A DNA stretch of 36,438 nucleotides, taken from the NCBI GenBank assembly GCA_024278215.1, contig JAJRTR010000105.1, positions 1 to 36,438 of the forward strand, written 5' to 3'. The position numbers and the translations under genes were made by a program. Source of the DNA: a bacterium. Lineage in GTDB: Bacteria; UBP15; UBA6099; JAJRTR01. Under the pieces are notes generated by a model, which saw only the letters and a list, made by a program, of their open reading frames with translations, was not told the DNA's origin and searched no databases. This document shows positions 1 to 9,240 of this stretch, in pieces (positions within the stretch are counted from its first letter, which is position 1; every line of letters begins with the position of its first letter).

Positions 1-2
1 CA

Positions 3-965
3 AAAGACCTTACGATGAAATTGCTCACCTTCGCAAGGAAAGACAAGTTGAACGTACGTCCGTATCCTATCGATATTCTTGTCGGCGACGTGGTGACAAT
101 GCTCGAAAGAAGCATCTCGAAAAAGATCGAAATCAAGACGAACATCGAAGAGAACCTGCCGGACCTGCTGATGGATACGAATCAGATACACCAGGCTTTG
201 CTTAATATATGCACGAACGCCGCAGACGCGATGCCCGACGGCGGCACTCTCTCGATAGATGCGAGAACCTACGATGTAGACAGCAATTTCTGTTCGATCC
301 ATGATAATCTTTCACCGGGCTCATATTGCAGACTATCGGTCAGGGATAACGGTGTTGGAATATCGAAAAACATTATCGACAAGATATTCGATCCTTTTTT
401 CACCACAAAAAGCAGCGAAAAGGGCACCGGGCTGGGCCTTTCCGTTACACACGGTATTATAAAGAATCATAACGGCGATATCGGTGTATACAGCGAGATG
501 GGACACGGCACGGAGTTCAGAATATTCCTTCCTTTCGCCGAATATGAAAGGCCGGAAAGCACAAAAGCGGTCGAGAAGAAAATTGCCGGCGGTAGCGAAA
601 CCATAATGGTTGTCGACGATGAAGTGTCGATTCTCAGCTTTGTCGACAGACTGCTTTCCGACCTGGGATACAAAGTGATTACGGCGAACAGCGGGATGGA
701 GGCCTTTGATCTTTATCGTGACAGGAATGATAAGATTGATCTCGTTATTCTTGATATTATGATGCCGAAAATGGACGGCAATGATGTTTACGCCGCTTTG
801 AAAAAGATGAGGCCCGATGTGAAATGTGTGATTTCATCCGGGTTCAGTGTGGACAGGAAAGCCGACAAGTTGATAAAAAGCGGCGCGAATATATTTGTGC
901 AGAAACCTTTTCGGATAGAAGAACTGGCTGATGCTGTACGGCAGGTACTGGATAATAAAAGGTAG
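3..965 (+). CDS. Hybrid sensor histidine kinase/response regulator, C-terminal part (5'-truncated by the window)
   Basis: Frame is open from the window start. HATPase boxes QALLNICTNAADAM, DNGVGI, IFDPFFTTK, GTGLGL, then a receiver domain (VVDDE, LDIMMP, KPF). Confidence 0.92.
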   Translation, partial: KDLTMKLLTFARKDKLNVRPYPIDILVGDVVTMLERSISKKIEIKTNIEENLPDLLMDTNQIHQALLNICTNAADAMPDGGTLSIDARTYDVDSNFCSIHDNLSPGSYCRLSVRDNGVGISKNIIDKIFDPFFTTKSSEKGTGLGLSVTHGIIKNHNGDIGVYSEMGHGTEFRIFLPFAEYERPESTKAVEKKIAGGSETIMVVDDEVSILSFVDRLLSDLGYKVITANSGMEAFDLYRDRNDKIDLVILDIMMPKMDGNDVYAALKKMRPDVKCVISSGFSVDRKADKLIKSGANIFVQKPFRIEELADAVRQVLDNKR

Positions 966-1035
966 TGTCGTGTTAATGCTGAAAAGACGTAAGGCAATAG
1001 GTACCCGTTCACGGGTAACTGTTCGCAATGGGACA

Positions 1036-1198
1036 TCTGAAATTCCTGGAATGCAACGACCTGTCGAAAAGCATACTCGCAAACTTCGCGTTTTCTGGGA
1101 ACGATAACAAATTCCTGGAATGCAACGACTATGTCGTTGCAACTGTGAAGAATCGCATTTCGCAAAAACTAACGTTTTTGCATTCCAGGATTTTCTGA
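1036..1198. repeat. Short direct plus inverted repeat unit
   Basis: AAATTCCTGGAATGCAACGAC occurs identically at 1040-1060 and 1109-1129. Inverted copy TTGCATTCCAGGA at 1178-1190. Hairpin TGCAACGAC-TAT-GTCGTTGCA at 1121-1141. Confidence 0.75.
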
Positions 1199-1229
1199 TA
1201 TTGCCGTTAAACTCAAAATCCGTGGGTTG

Positions 1230-1255
1230 GCATTCTGAGCGAAGCGAAGAATCTC
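1230..1255. repeat. REP-like palindrome remnant
   Basis: GCATTCTGAGCGAAGCGAAGAATCTC, related to GTCATTCCGGGCGAAGCGAGGAGTCGC at 5099-5125. Confidence 0.5.
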
Positions 1256-1263
1256 CAGGTGTT

Positions 1264-1603
1264 TAATCCGGATTTCTCACAAAGAAATCCGGAAAAGTGG
1301 CTATCCCTTTAGAGCAAGTTAGATTTATCAGACATTTTGTTTGGCGGGACACCACTCACAATATCACAATATGTTATCGGAATGTTCGTGGATAATCCTT
1401 TTCTGGTATAGGCCGGTTCTGTTTCTGCATGCTTTCATGTTTCTCTACGCCCTTACTTGCGTAAAGTGGATAGCCACTTCCGGAAAATCGCGATAATGCC
1501 TGTTCTACTGCGTTGCTGCGGCGATTCGGGATCGGTCACATACCGGCATTTTGCGCAAGAGGCCGGCTGGCCGGCTGCTCCCGCACCACTCACTTGCCGC
1601 GCC
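1264..1603 (-). mobile_element. MITE family A, copy 1 (reverse orientation, interrupted by a nested element, one end missing)
   Basis: 1264-1295 and 1479-1603 match the reverse complement of 24418-24622 and 2809-2989. Confidence 0.85.
1296..1478. mobile_element. 183-bp non-autonomous element nested in MITE A, 8-bp TSD
   Basis: TIR AGTGGCTATCC/GGATAGCCACT, extending imperfectly to 24 bp. TCCGGAAA is duplicated at 1288-1295 and 1479-1486. Removing it restores the MITE A sequence. Confidence 0.85.
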
Positions 1604-1625
1604 CTTTTCCTTCTCCAGTATTGCA

Positions 1626-2720
1626 TCAGGGGCATATCGTATCGAGCCGTACTGTTGTATTCGCATAGTTCCTGCCGCGCAAGTATTCGATAGTCATATA
1701 GTCTCCGTAGCCGAGTTGTCTTATTGCACTTTTCAGATCGGCGTAGTTGTTTATATTCTCTCCGTTCGCCTTGATAATCCTGTCGCTGCTACGCAACCCC
1801 CCACGCCATGCCGGAGAATCATATATTACCCTTGTGACGGGTGCGCCGCTGTATGGCGTGTTCCCGACATATACGCCGATGCCTGTGAAACAATTGCTGT
1901 TGCCGTCGTTCCCGGTATAGTCTCCGTAGCTGTTGTCGTCGAGCGAAGGTGCCCGCGTGGACATATTCGCGGAATACACTACCCTGACAATCTCGACCGG
2001 TTTGTCTGTGAGTTTCCTGAAATCGACGCCTCGCACGCTGCTGTCCACTTCGTCGCCCGCGCCGGTAGCTGTGTCCGGAGCGGCGCGCAGGGACCGGCGA
2101 CCGTCGAATGAATTGTTGCTTCCACCGAATATTTCTCGCCGGGTGCAGGAGCTGTCCTCGAAGAAAACCATCATTTCTATCGCGCCCAGTTCATCCAGGC
2201 TGTCCGAGTGGGCGTTCTCGGGAACTGTCCAGTAAAACTCCATCGCCGTGTCGTTTCCGGACTGAAACCCCTCGATAGTGACATCGTCATACGACGCGAC
2301 CACCCACGCCGCGTCCGCCGCGCTGCCCGCCACATTTGAAGAATTCAGCGTGTTCTTTCCGTCGACACCGACCGTCAGTGCGATGCGGCATTTCGTTTTG
2401 TTCTCGACATTTATCCTGTATCTGCGGCCTTTCCGCGGTCTGACGCGCCACGAACTCGAATAGAAATCCATATCACTTCCATATACATTTTTATAACCGT
2501 AGCCGTGCGACCTGTAATATTTGTTTTCGAGCTCGGGGTGTGGTTCCCGTCTGGAATCGAGGAGTGAAGAGAACAGCGGCTGCCATACGCCCGAAGAGTA
2601 TTCCTCGATCTGCCAGTTGATATATTCACCACGTGAATATCCGTATCCTGCCGCGTTCGACGCCGATGCCGTGCAGACCATGATAAGCAGTGATAGAAGA
2701 ACCGATCCTGTTTTTCTCAT
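1626..2720 (-). CDS. Exported protein with an uncharacterised beta-rich domain and a C-terminal PDZ domain
   Basis: Signal peptide MRKTGSVLLSLLIMVCTASASNA after a GGAGG RBS. PDZ signature GIGV...VTRVIYDSPAWRGGLRSSDRIIKANG. Confidence 0.8.
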   Translation of the reverse strand: MRKTGSVLLSLLIMVCTASASNAAGYGYSRGEYINWQIEEYSSGVWQPLFSSLLDSRREPHPELENKYYRSHGYGYKNVYGSDMDFYSSSWRVRPRKGRRYRINVENKTKCRIALTVGVDGKNTLNSSNVAGSAADAAWVVASYDDVTIEGFQSGNDTAMEFYWTVPENAHSDSLDELGAIEMMVFFEDSSCTRREIFGGSNNSFDGRRSLRAAPDTATGAGDEVDSSVRGVDFRKLTDKPVEIVRVVYSANMSTRAPSLDDNSYGDYTGNDGNSNCFTGIGVYVGNTPYSGAPVTRVIYDSPAWRGGLRSSDRIIKANGENINNYADLKSAIRQLGYGDYMTIEYLRGRNYANTTVRLDTICP

Positions 2721-2808
2721 GTCTTCCGCCTCCATCCATTGCGATTGATTTTGTCTTCAAACACTCAATACAGGATGATGCGGTTTTCTTACAGTGGATG
2801 AAAATATT

Positions 2809-2989
2809 TAGCCCGCATATTTCACCAATGCGGGCCCGAAATCGGGAGAATGCCTGTAATACAAGGCGCGGCAAGTGAGTGGTGAGGAAGCATACTGTTA
2901 GTATGTGACCGATCACGAATCGCCACCGCAACGCAGTAGAATAGGCGTTATCCCGATTTTCCGGATTTCTTTATGAGAAATCCAGTTTA
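2809..2989 (+). mobile_element. MITE family A, copy 2 (short internal variant)
   Basis: Colinear with 24418-24622 except at the apical loop. TA at both ends, with terminal hairpins. Confidence 0.85.
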
Positions 2990-3100
2990 GTGCTTGCAGG
3001 AATCCATAAAATGGAAAGGGGGCGCCGCAGGGCAACTGAAGTGAAAAATAGCATTCATAATGAATGTGGCCAACTGATTCACATTGCTATCAAAGAGCTG

Positions 3101-4828
3101 TTATTCCCCACTACCCGGCAATGCCCGAATTGTTTTCCGCGGTGTGACAAGGGTGTCGATTCTTGCTACTGATATTGAAGGAGTACCGGCGTTATAAGAA
3201 TATGTTTTTATTTTTTGAAGGCGGAAATATCCATCGGCCCTTTTCTTTTTATAGATGCCTTCAGGCAGGTGCATCGGTCGTGCCAGAACGAGGCCTGAAG
3301 GGTCGGCTGTTTCCATGCAGTTCCTTATGTCGCATATTTCAAAACCGATATTTCGTGCCGTCGCTTCAATATCAACAGCGCCTGTTTTTTCGTCTCTCGA
3401 AATCTGTTCCGGGGTCGGTGGAACGTAGAAAAACAGATAGGTATAAATATACGGAACGGCATCAGATACAATCAACTTATTGTATTCTCCGCGCGCGTTT
3501 GCCATAAGCCTGAAAGCATCGCGAAAACCATAGTTGAAATAAGCCGACGATTTTTCAGGATAGACGTTGAAATAATATTCGTAATATACAAAACAATTCA
3601 CCGCCAGTGCTGCGATCATGGCAACCGCGGCTATTGTGCCCCGGAGCCGACCGCCGTTCTTCTTTTTAACAAGGTCTATTATCGCGCAAAAACCAATAGC
3701 GCATATCATCTGAAGTCCCGGGAGCACCACTATAGAACGAATTGCGTGCTGCCCACCCCAATTCGTCATAGCGGCACCCACAGGAAAGACCAGCAGCCAC
3801 CAGAGCAACAGCAGATGCGGTTTGTCGCGCTTCAGGAATATCGCACACAATCCGGCTGCCAGAAACAACATACATACGGCGTGCATCATTCCGAACGGAC
3901 CGGGGTTGTGCGTAATGGATGTGTTGTCGCCGCGCAGAAAAAGAAAACGCGGACTGAGATAGCCGATGTAGTTCGCGGCAAAACCATAAGCGGTTATCGT
4001 AAGTACGTTTGTTGACAGAAAACGATGAACGGCATCGTCGTGACCGGCGAGATATTCCGCAATATGTGTCCGCGCTGTTTTGCTGTTTATCGACGCGTCT
4101 GCGAGATACCTGTTCATTCCGGTGTCAGGAAAAAAGAAAAGCAGCACAGGAAGATACATAAGTATGAGTATTACGAAAGCGGCGCTCACCCACCCTGCCC
4201 TGCCCCGGATCTCTTTTAGATACAAAAACGAGGCGCCGATCAGAAAAAGAGGCACGAAAACAAGCGAAACCGGGTATGTGTAGAAGCAAAGTCCTGTGAC
4301 AGCAGCGCCGGGAATCAACGCGACTCCACTGCCTTTCAATCCTTTGATTATTAAGAGGAGACCGAATGTAAATACTGCGGGCAGTGCGACCGCTTCGATC
4401 GCAAAACGGCTGAAATGCACATGCCAAGGCGACACCGCAAGCAGCAGCGCCGACATAAGCGCAATTCGGTCGTCGCCGAATAGTTCACGCGCGAGCAGAA
4501 AAGCACCGGTTACCGCAAGCAGTCCAAAAAATACGGAGGGAATCCGGGCCGCTGTTTCGTTGAGGCCAAACAGGGACACCGATACCATAGAAGCGTAAAA
4601 GTATACCGGATGCTTCGGGTTCCAACTCGACTGCGGGTACAGCGGCCATACCACCCCCTTCTCGTCCTGCCCCGTGGAGGCGACAAGATAAGCATCGAAC
4701 GCGATTGACGCTTCATCTACTTGCAGTCCGTTGGGATTGCCGCCTATATGGTAAAATCTTACAGCAAATGCAATCACAACGATCAGCGCAAACGATACAA
4801 CGGTAAAGTTCCCTTTTATTTTCTTCAT
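3101..4828 (-). CDS. GT-C membrane glycosyltransferase (ArnT/PMT-like)
   Basis: Many TM helices, first-loop DE motif (QVDEASIAFDA), ETAARIPS, SPWHVHFSR. Confidence 0.8.
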   Translation of the reverse strand: MKKIKGNFTVVSFALIVVIAFAVRFYHIGGNPNGLQVDEASIAFDAYLVASTGQDEKGVVWPLYPQSSWNPKHPVYFYASMVSVSLFGLNETAARIPSVFFGLLAVTGAFLLARELFGDDRIALMSALLLAVSPWHVHFSRFAIEAVALPAVFTFGLLLIIKGLKGSGVALIPGAAVTGLCFYTYPVSLVFVPLFLIGASFLYLKEIRGRAGWVSAAFVILILMYLPVLLFFFPDTGMNRYLADASINSKTARTHIAEYLAGHDDAVHRFLSTNVLTITAYGFAANYIGYLSPRFLFLRGDNTSITHNPGPFGMMHAVCMLFLAAGLCAIFLKRDKPHLLLLWWLLVFPVGAAMTNWGGQHAIRSIVVLPGLQMICAIGFCAIIDLVKKKNGGRLRGTIAAVAMIAALAVNCFVYYEYYFNVYPEKSSAYFNYGFRDAFRLMANARGEYNKLIVSDAVPYIYTYLFFYVPPTPEQISRDEKTGAVDIEATARNIGFEICDIRNCMETADPSGLVLARPMHLPEGIYKKKRADGYFRLQKIKTYSYNAGTPSISVARIDTLVTPRKTIRALPGSGE

Positions 4829-4895
4829 TCACTCGACCTTCTGTTTGCAGACAACAATGTGCGTATTGAGGCGCGGCCTGTGATTTACAAATAAA

Positions 4896-5040
4896 GTAAC
4901 TGTTCACAGGGGTGAAGGCAAGAGGGGCGGAGGAAATGAGCGCGCATGTTTTGAGCAAGCTATGCGGTCGGCAAGCCCTATGTTCCGACAGCGATAACCC
5001 CGCAACACTGTTTGCGCGCTGCTCTGCCGAACGCGGCCCC
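4896..5040 (+). repeat. Structured intergenic element (family D)
   Basis: Starts GTAACTGTTCAC (similar ends at 1015 and 26926). Nested stems GGGG/CCCC, AGCGCGCA/TGCGCGCT, GTCGG/CCGAC. AAGGC...AACGC motif. Confidence 0.45.
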
Positions 5041-5279
5041 GGACTCAGAATGAGAAACATTTTACTTGCATCTGTTTATCTCATAATATGTTTGGTATGT
5101 CATTCCGGGCGAAGCGAGGAGTCGCGGCTTCGATCACTATCTTACTGTTCCTGCCATTCACGGCAGGAACGCATAGATTGAATGCTCCGCGTTCACGACA
5201 TTCTTAGGAAGTGACAGGTTTTTTGTCGCGAGATGTTCTTAAGCACCTTAATCCTAAAAGAGAGGAAAAGACAAACAAG

Positions 5280-6296
5280 ATGAAAGCGATGGTGTACACG
5301 GGAAAAGATGGACTGACTATACGTGATGTGGAGACCCCTGTTGCGGGACCGGGACAGGTGCGGCTGAAGCTTACGAACTGCGGCATCTGCGGCAGCGACC
5401 TGTTTCTGTATAAATCCGGCGGTCTTGCAGACGGTACAATCATGGGACACGAACTGAGCGGCGTTGTGGATACGGTCGGCGACGGCGTCGAGGGGATAAG
5501 CGTGGGAGACCGTGTTATCGCGCGGCCCATCGGGTGCGGCGAGTGCAAGTGGTGCAGGATGAAAATGGAAAATATATGTGTGACGCGCAAGACACTCGGG
5601 CTCGGGCAGCGGCCCGGCGGGTTCGCCGAATACATGGTGGTCGAAAAAGATATGATAATCCCGGTTCCGGAGAATCTCGGACTGGATCAGGCGTCTATGG
5701 CCGACCAGTTCGGCTCGTCGCTGCACGGGCTTTACAGCGCCGGATTCCAGCCGGGCGATACTGTGCTGGTCACTGGTGTGGGGCCCATCGGCCTGTGCGC
5801 CGTCATGCTTCTGAAATATAAAGGGGCAAAGCGCGTTATTGTTTCTGAAGTTATCGAGGAGAGAGCCGTGATCGCAAAGAAGTTCGGCGCGGACGATGTG
5901 GTAAGCCCCGGCAAGAGGCCCCTCGCGTCGCTTCTGTCGGCGCTGCCGGGCTATGAGGGGCTCGATTGTGTTATCGAGTGCTCGGGCAACGCGACCGCTA
6001 CGACCGATGTGATATTGACGGCACCTGTCGGTTGCAGAATCGCACTTGTCGGTATGTGTACACAGCCCGTGACGTTTATGCCGTTTGTTCTTTTCCAGAA
6101 ACACCTTACCATCACCGGCGCGTTCGGCAACAGCCAGAAGGAATGTATCGAATCCATGGACATCATGGCATCCGGCGAAATTCCATCGCAACAACTGATT
6201 ACAAAGAAGGTGTCGCTCGAAGAGATACCCGGCGCATTCCTGCAACTGATGAATTCAAAAACGGAATTGAAAGTAATGATGGAAACTCCGGTGTGA
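5280..6296 (+). CDS. Zinc-dependent alcohol dehydrogenase (MDR family, threonine/sorbitol DH-like)
   Basis: CGICGSD, GHE, structural Zn CGECKWC...C, GVGPIG nucleotide-binding motif. GAGGA RBS before ATG 5280. Confidence 0.92.
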   Translation: MKAMVYTGKDGLTIRDVETPVAGPGQVRLKLTNCGICGSDLFLYKSGGLADGTIMGHELSGVVDTVGDGVEGISVGDRVIARPIGCGECKWCRMKMENICVTRKTLGLGQRPGGFAEYMVVEKDMIIPVPENLGLDQASMADQFGSSLHGLYSAGFQPGDTVLVTGVGPIGLCAVMLLKYKGAKRVIVSEVIEERAVIAKKFGADDVVSPGKRPLASLLSALPGYEGLDCVIECSGNATATTDVILTAPVGCRIALVGMCTQPVTFMPFVLFQKHLTITGAFGNSQKECIESMDIMASGEIPSQQLITKKVSLEEIPGAFLQLMNSKTELKVMMETPV

Positions 6297-6309
6297 ATAC
6301 CGTTCCGGC

Positions 6310-6338
6310 TATCCCGCATATTTCACCAGTGCGGGATA
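6310..6338 (+). terminator. Hairpin equal to the left-end hairpin of MITE A; possible terminator
   Basis: TATCCCGCA-N11-TGCGGGATA just downstream of the dehydrogenase stop. Confidence 0.5.
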
Positions 6339-6434
6339 AAGTTCTGAATGCAAGTTCGCTATTGTTATACATTAACGGTTGACAATCGTCATCTCCGGTT
6401 TTTAAACATGAATCAACTTTGTATTGACGTATTG

Positions 6435-6535
6435 AGTGTATGGCGCGGTCACCGTACCGCGCCTCAACTTTTGACCGTACAAACAGTTATTCGTAATATA
6501 TGCTCAGGCGCGGTACGGTGACCGCGCCATACACT
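6435..6535. repeat. REPIN-like pair of inverted REP palindromes
   Basis: Perfect 30-bp inverted repeats at 6435-6464 and 6506-6535. Each holds its own GGCGCGGT...ACCGCGCC hairpin next to GTAT. Confidence 0.85.
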
Positions 6536-6553
6536 TTTTCTGAAATTATTTTC

Positions 6554-7546
6554 TTAAGTCTTTTCATCGTTGACACGACAGTAGTGCCGCAGTGCCTTCA
6601 ATGCTGTATCGCGGACCATTTGCGCGAGTTCCGGCGGCGAGACGACCGAGACACCCGGCCCGTACTGAAGCACGGTGGAAACGAAGTTTTCGAGCCGGTC
6701 GATTTTGAATTTTACGCAGACCGAGCCGTCCTTGTTTTTCACAGAACGGTCCGCCCACTGTTCGGACACCCTCGCCGCCGCCGGGCCTGCGAATCTGAGT
6801 GTCACTTCATGCGGCCTGTCGATAAAACGGAAAAGACGATTCCTGCGAAAGTCGTCGAGATCGAAATCGTCGGGCGTCGCGAACGGCTCGTCCGTCGCCA
6901 CCGCCATTTTCATCCTGTCGAGTCTGAAGACCCGGATGTCGCCACGCAGTTCGCAATAACCGACGCAATACCACTGATCCACATAATAAATCAGTCCGTA
7001 TGGACATATCACTCTTTCCGTGACCGAATGTTGTGATGCCGCGTAATACTCGATATTCACCTTCGAGCGGCCGCAGGCGGGTTTTAGTGTGTTGAGGATA
7101 TGCACGAGGTATTTCTGCTCGGGTGCCAGCTCGATACGCCGGGAGACATCGTCGATCTGCGCGGCCTCTGCCGAATTGATGACGCCGCGTATTTTATCGA
7201 GCGCGGACCCGAGCGCGCCGTCCGCGGTGCCGTCCGCGGCCTCCGCCACACGCGCCGCCAGCAGCAGCGCGATGGCTTCGTCCTTCTGCAGCCGCACCGG
7301 GCGCTGGAACATGCCGGGCGCGTCGTTTATCGTCACCGTGTCGCCATCGATATAGGCGTCGATAAGCGTGTCGGCAGTGTATGGCGGCAGCCCCACCATG
7401 CTGATGCGCTCGAGCGCAAGCTGAAGCTGCTCGCGTGTAATGTCGAGCAGCGCGGTGACGACATCGACCGACTGCCCGTTGTACATCGACACTTTCGCCG
7501 CGATATCGATGAGTTCTTTCATTTTATCGGCAGTACTTCGCCGCAT
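6554..7546 (-). CDS. pafC: WYL-domain transcriptional regulator, PafC-like
   Basis: MVGLPPYTADTLID and RPVRLQKDEAIALLLA resemble PafC. WYL core WYCVGYCELRGDIRVFRLDRM, WCX tail VVSPPEL. GAGGAG RBS favours ATG 7546. Confidence 0.85.
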   Translation of the reverse strand: MRRSTADKMKELIDIAAKVSMYNGQSVDVVTALLDITREQLQLALERISMVGLPPYTADTLIDAYIDGDTVTINDAPGMFQRPVRLQKDEAIALLLAARVAEAADGTADGALGSALDKIRGVINSAEAAQIDDVSRRIELAPEQKYLVHILNTLKPACGRSKVNIEYYAASQHSVTERVICPYGLIYYVDQWYCVGYCELRGDIRVFRLDRMKMAVATDEPFATPDDFDLDDFRRNRLFRFIDRPHEVTLRFAGPAAARVSEQWADRSVKNKDGSVCVKFKIDRLENFVSTVLQYGPGVSVVSPPELAQMVRDTALKALRHYCRVNDEKT

Positions 7547-8549
7547 CGGCTGCAATCTCCTCGAGTGTCGACTTCATTTTTTCGCGCAATTCCGGCGGCG
7601 CGATCACCCACGCGTTTTCTCCCAATCCGAGCAGCCGGCATACCAGTGCGTCGTCGTTCACTGAACGAAGCTCCATCACGCAGGCCGCTTCGTCGAGCCG
7701 CGCCGAGGCCAGCCCGCCCCAGGCGTTGCGCACACGCCAGTATGTGTCCGGGTGGAACTCGACGGTCGCCACCGTTTCCTCCTCGTCGCCGAATTCCCAC
7801 GGCGCGTTGCGTGAAACCTGCGCGGCGAGCGAAAAGTCCGCCGGTATCTCATAGTCGGGTTCGGCGGCCGGCTGCGGCTCCTTCAGCAGTGTCATGCGGT
7901 CGACCCGGAAAGTGCGCAGTCCCTTCCTGAGCCTGCAATAAGCATAGAGATACCAGAACCCGTTCCTGACGAAAAGGCCATAAGGGTCGACTTCTCTCTT
8001 TGTCTTCTTCTTCGAGCCGCCGGGCGGTCGATACGCGATATGAAGTGTTCGCCTCGCGGCGACGGCGTCGATGAGTTTGCCTGTTATATCAGCGCGCTCC
8101 CGGCGCGTTCCTTCGAGTTGAATCAGCATGGGAGCGGATTGGTCACCGGAGAAATCATCCGAAGATGTCAGCTTCATGAGCGCCCAGTCGAGATGTTTGA
8201 ACGGCGATCTGCCTGTGTCCGCAATCCGGCGGCGCAGTCTTTTCAGGGCAAGTGCCTCTTCGGGCGTGAATTGTATTCTGGGAAGATAGAAATCATCGGG
8301 GTCTATCGTGTAACCGTCTACGGCATTGCCCTCGACAGGGTCGCTTGTCTTTGCGGTTTTGATCTCGATGCCGAGAGAAGACAGTTCCTTTTTGTCGCGC
8401 AGGAACATGCGTCGGTTTGTATGGTGGTCCTTCGACGGGGCATAGCCATCTACAGCATTTATAATTTCTTTTAATGTGGCCGGTGACTTGCGGCTGAGCA
8501 GGAAAGCGCTGAGGTTCAACAGCCTCTCTTCGGCCGGTACTCTATTCAT
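7524..8549 (-). CDS. pafB: WYL-domain transcriptional regulator, PafB-like
   Basis: ERLLNL...RRMFLRDKKELSSLGI wHTH typical of PafB. YLPRIQFTPEEALAL, WYLYAYCRLRKGLRTFRVDRM. Confidence 0.88.
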   Translation of the reverse strand: MNRVPAEERLLNLSAFLLSRKSPATLKEIINAVDGYAPSKDHHTNRRMFLRDKKELSSLGIEIKTAKTSDPVEGNAVDGYTIDPDDFYLPRIQFTPEEALALKRLRRRIADTGRSPFKHLDWALMKLTSSDDFSGDQSAPMLIQLEGTRRERADITGKLIDAVAARRTLHIAYRPPGGSKKKTKREVDPYGLFVRNGFWYLYAYCRLRKGLRTFRVDRMTLLKEPQPAAEPDYEIPADFSLAAQVSRNAPWEFGDEEETVATVEFHPDTYWRVRNAWGGLASARLDEAACVMELRSVNDDALVCRLLGLGENAWVIAPPELREKMKSTLEEIAADAAKYCR

Positions 8550-9144
8550 CTGCGTTCTTTCGTTTTATTACAGCGTTGCGGCGGCGCGACGATATTGTAG
8601 ACTTGACACCTATCTTCTTCACGCCGTCGTATTCCGCTTTTATCCTTCCGATGCTTTCGAGAAATTCCTGGTCGTCAGTTTTCCCGATATTGTCGTCTTC
8701 CGTCCAGATTTTTATCCGGCCCTCCCGCTTGTCCCGCTCGATCTTTTCTGCTGAACCATAATCCAGCGCCGGAACATAATCGCGTGGCATAAAGCTTTCC
8801 GGTCCGATTGTTTTCGTTATCGTTTTGACTTTTTCCACCGGTTTCTTACGAATACCCGTGATTCGATTGAGGAAAATGCCCGTATCCAGCCTCCGCATGG
8901 CGAGCACGATATATGTTTCCTTCACTTGCAATGCGACAGCGTCACCGACAGGCTTGTCATATTTCATCAGCTCGATCGAATCGCCTTCCGACATACTGTC
9001 CGAGAAAAAACCGTTGACAAGCAGACGCCCGTCACCGATATACATGTCCTCGGTGCCGATCTGTTCCATCTCCTGCGCATACGCCGCGCCGCCGAGAGAA
9101 AACACTACAACCAGCACAATCGCGAAAAAAACTGTCCTTCTCAT
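8542..9144 (-). CDS. Hypothetical exported protein
   Basis: Signal peptide MRRTVFFAIVLVVVFSLGGAAYA. Stop overlaps the pafB-like start. The longer ORF-track start runs through a MITE fragment. Confidence 0.7.
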   Translation of the reverse strand: MRRTVFFAIVLVVVFSLGGAAYAQEMEQIGTEDMYIGDGRLLVNGFFSDSMSEGDSIELMKYDKPVGDAVALQVKETYIVLAMRRLDTGIFLNRITGIRKKPVEKVKTITKTIGPESFMPRDYVPALDYGSAEKIERDKREGRIKIWTEDDNIGKTDDQEFLESIGRIKAEYDGVKKIGVKSTISSRRRNAVIKRKNADE

Positions 9145-9174
9145 AAGCCACCCGGAATTACTGTAAATGTTATG

Positions 9175-9240
9175 GAGCCAATTGCAAAATTCTGATTCGG
9201 CTGCGGTCGGCTGCAATTGTCCATAGCTGCATTGTCGGCA
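9175..9240 (-). mobile_element. MITE family B, right-end fragment
   Basis: Near-identical to 36298-36363. Confidence 0.8.

Noticed and set aside
1040-1129. Possible mini CRISPR array
   Set aside because: Only two 21-bp units, an inverted third copy, and no cas genes in the window.
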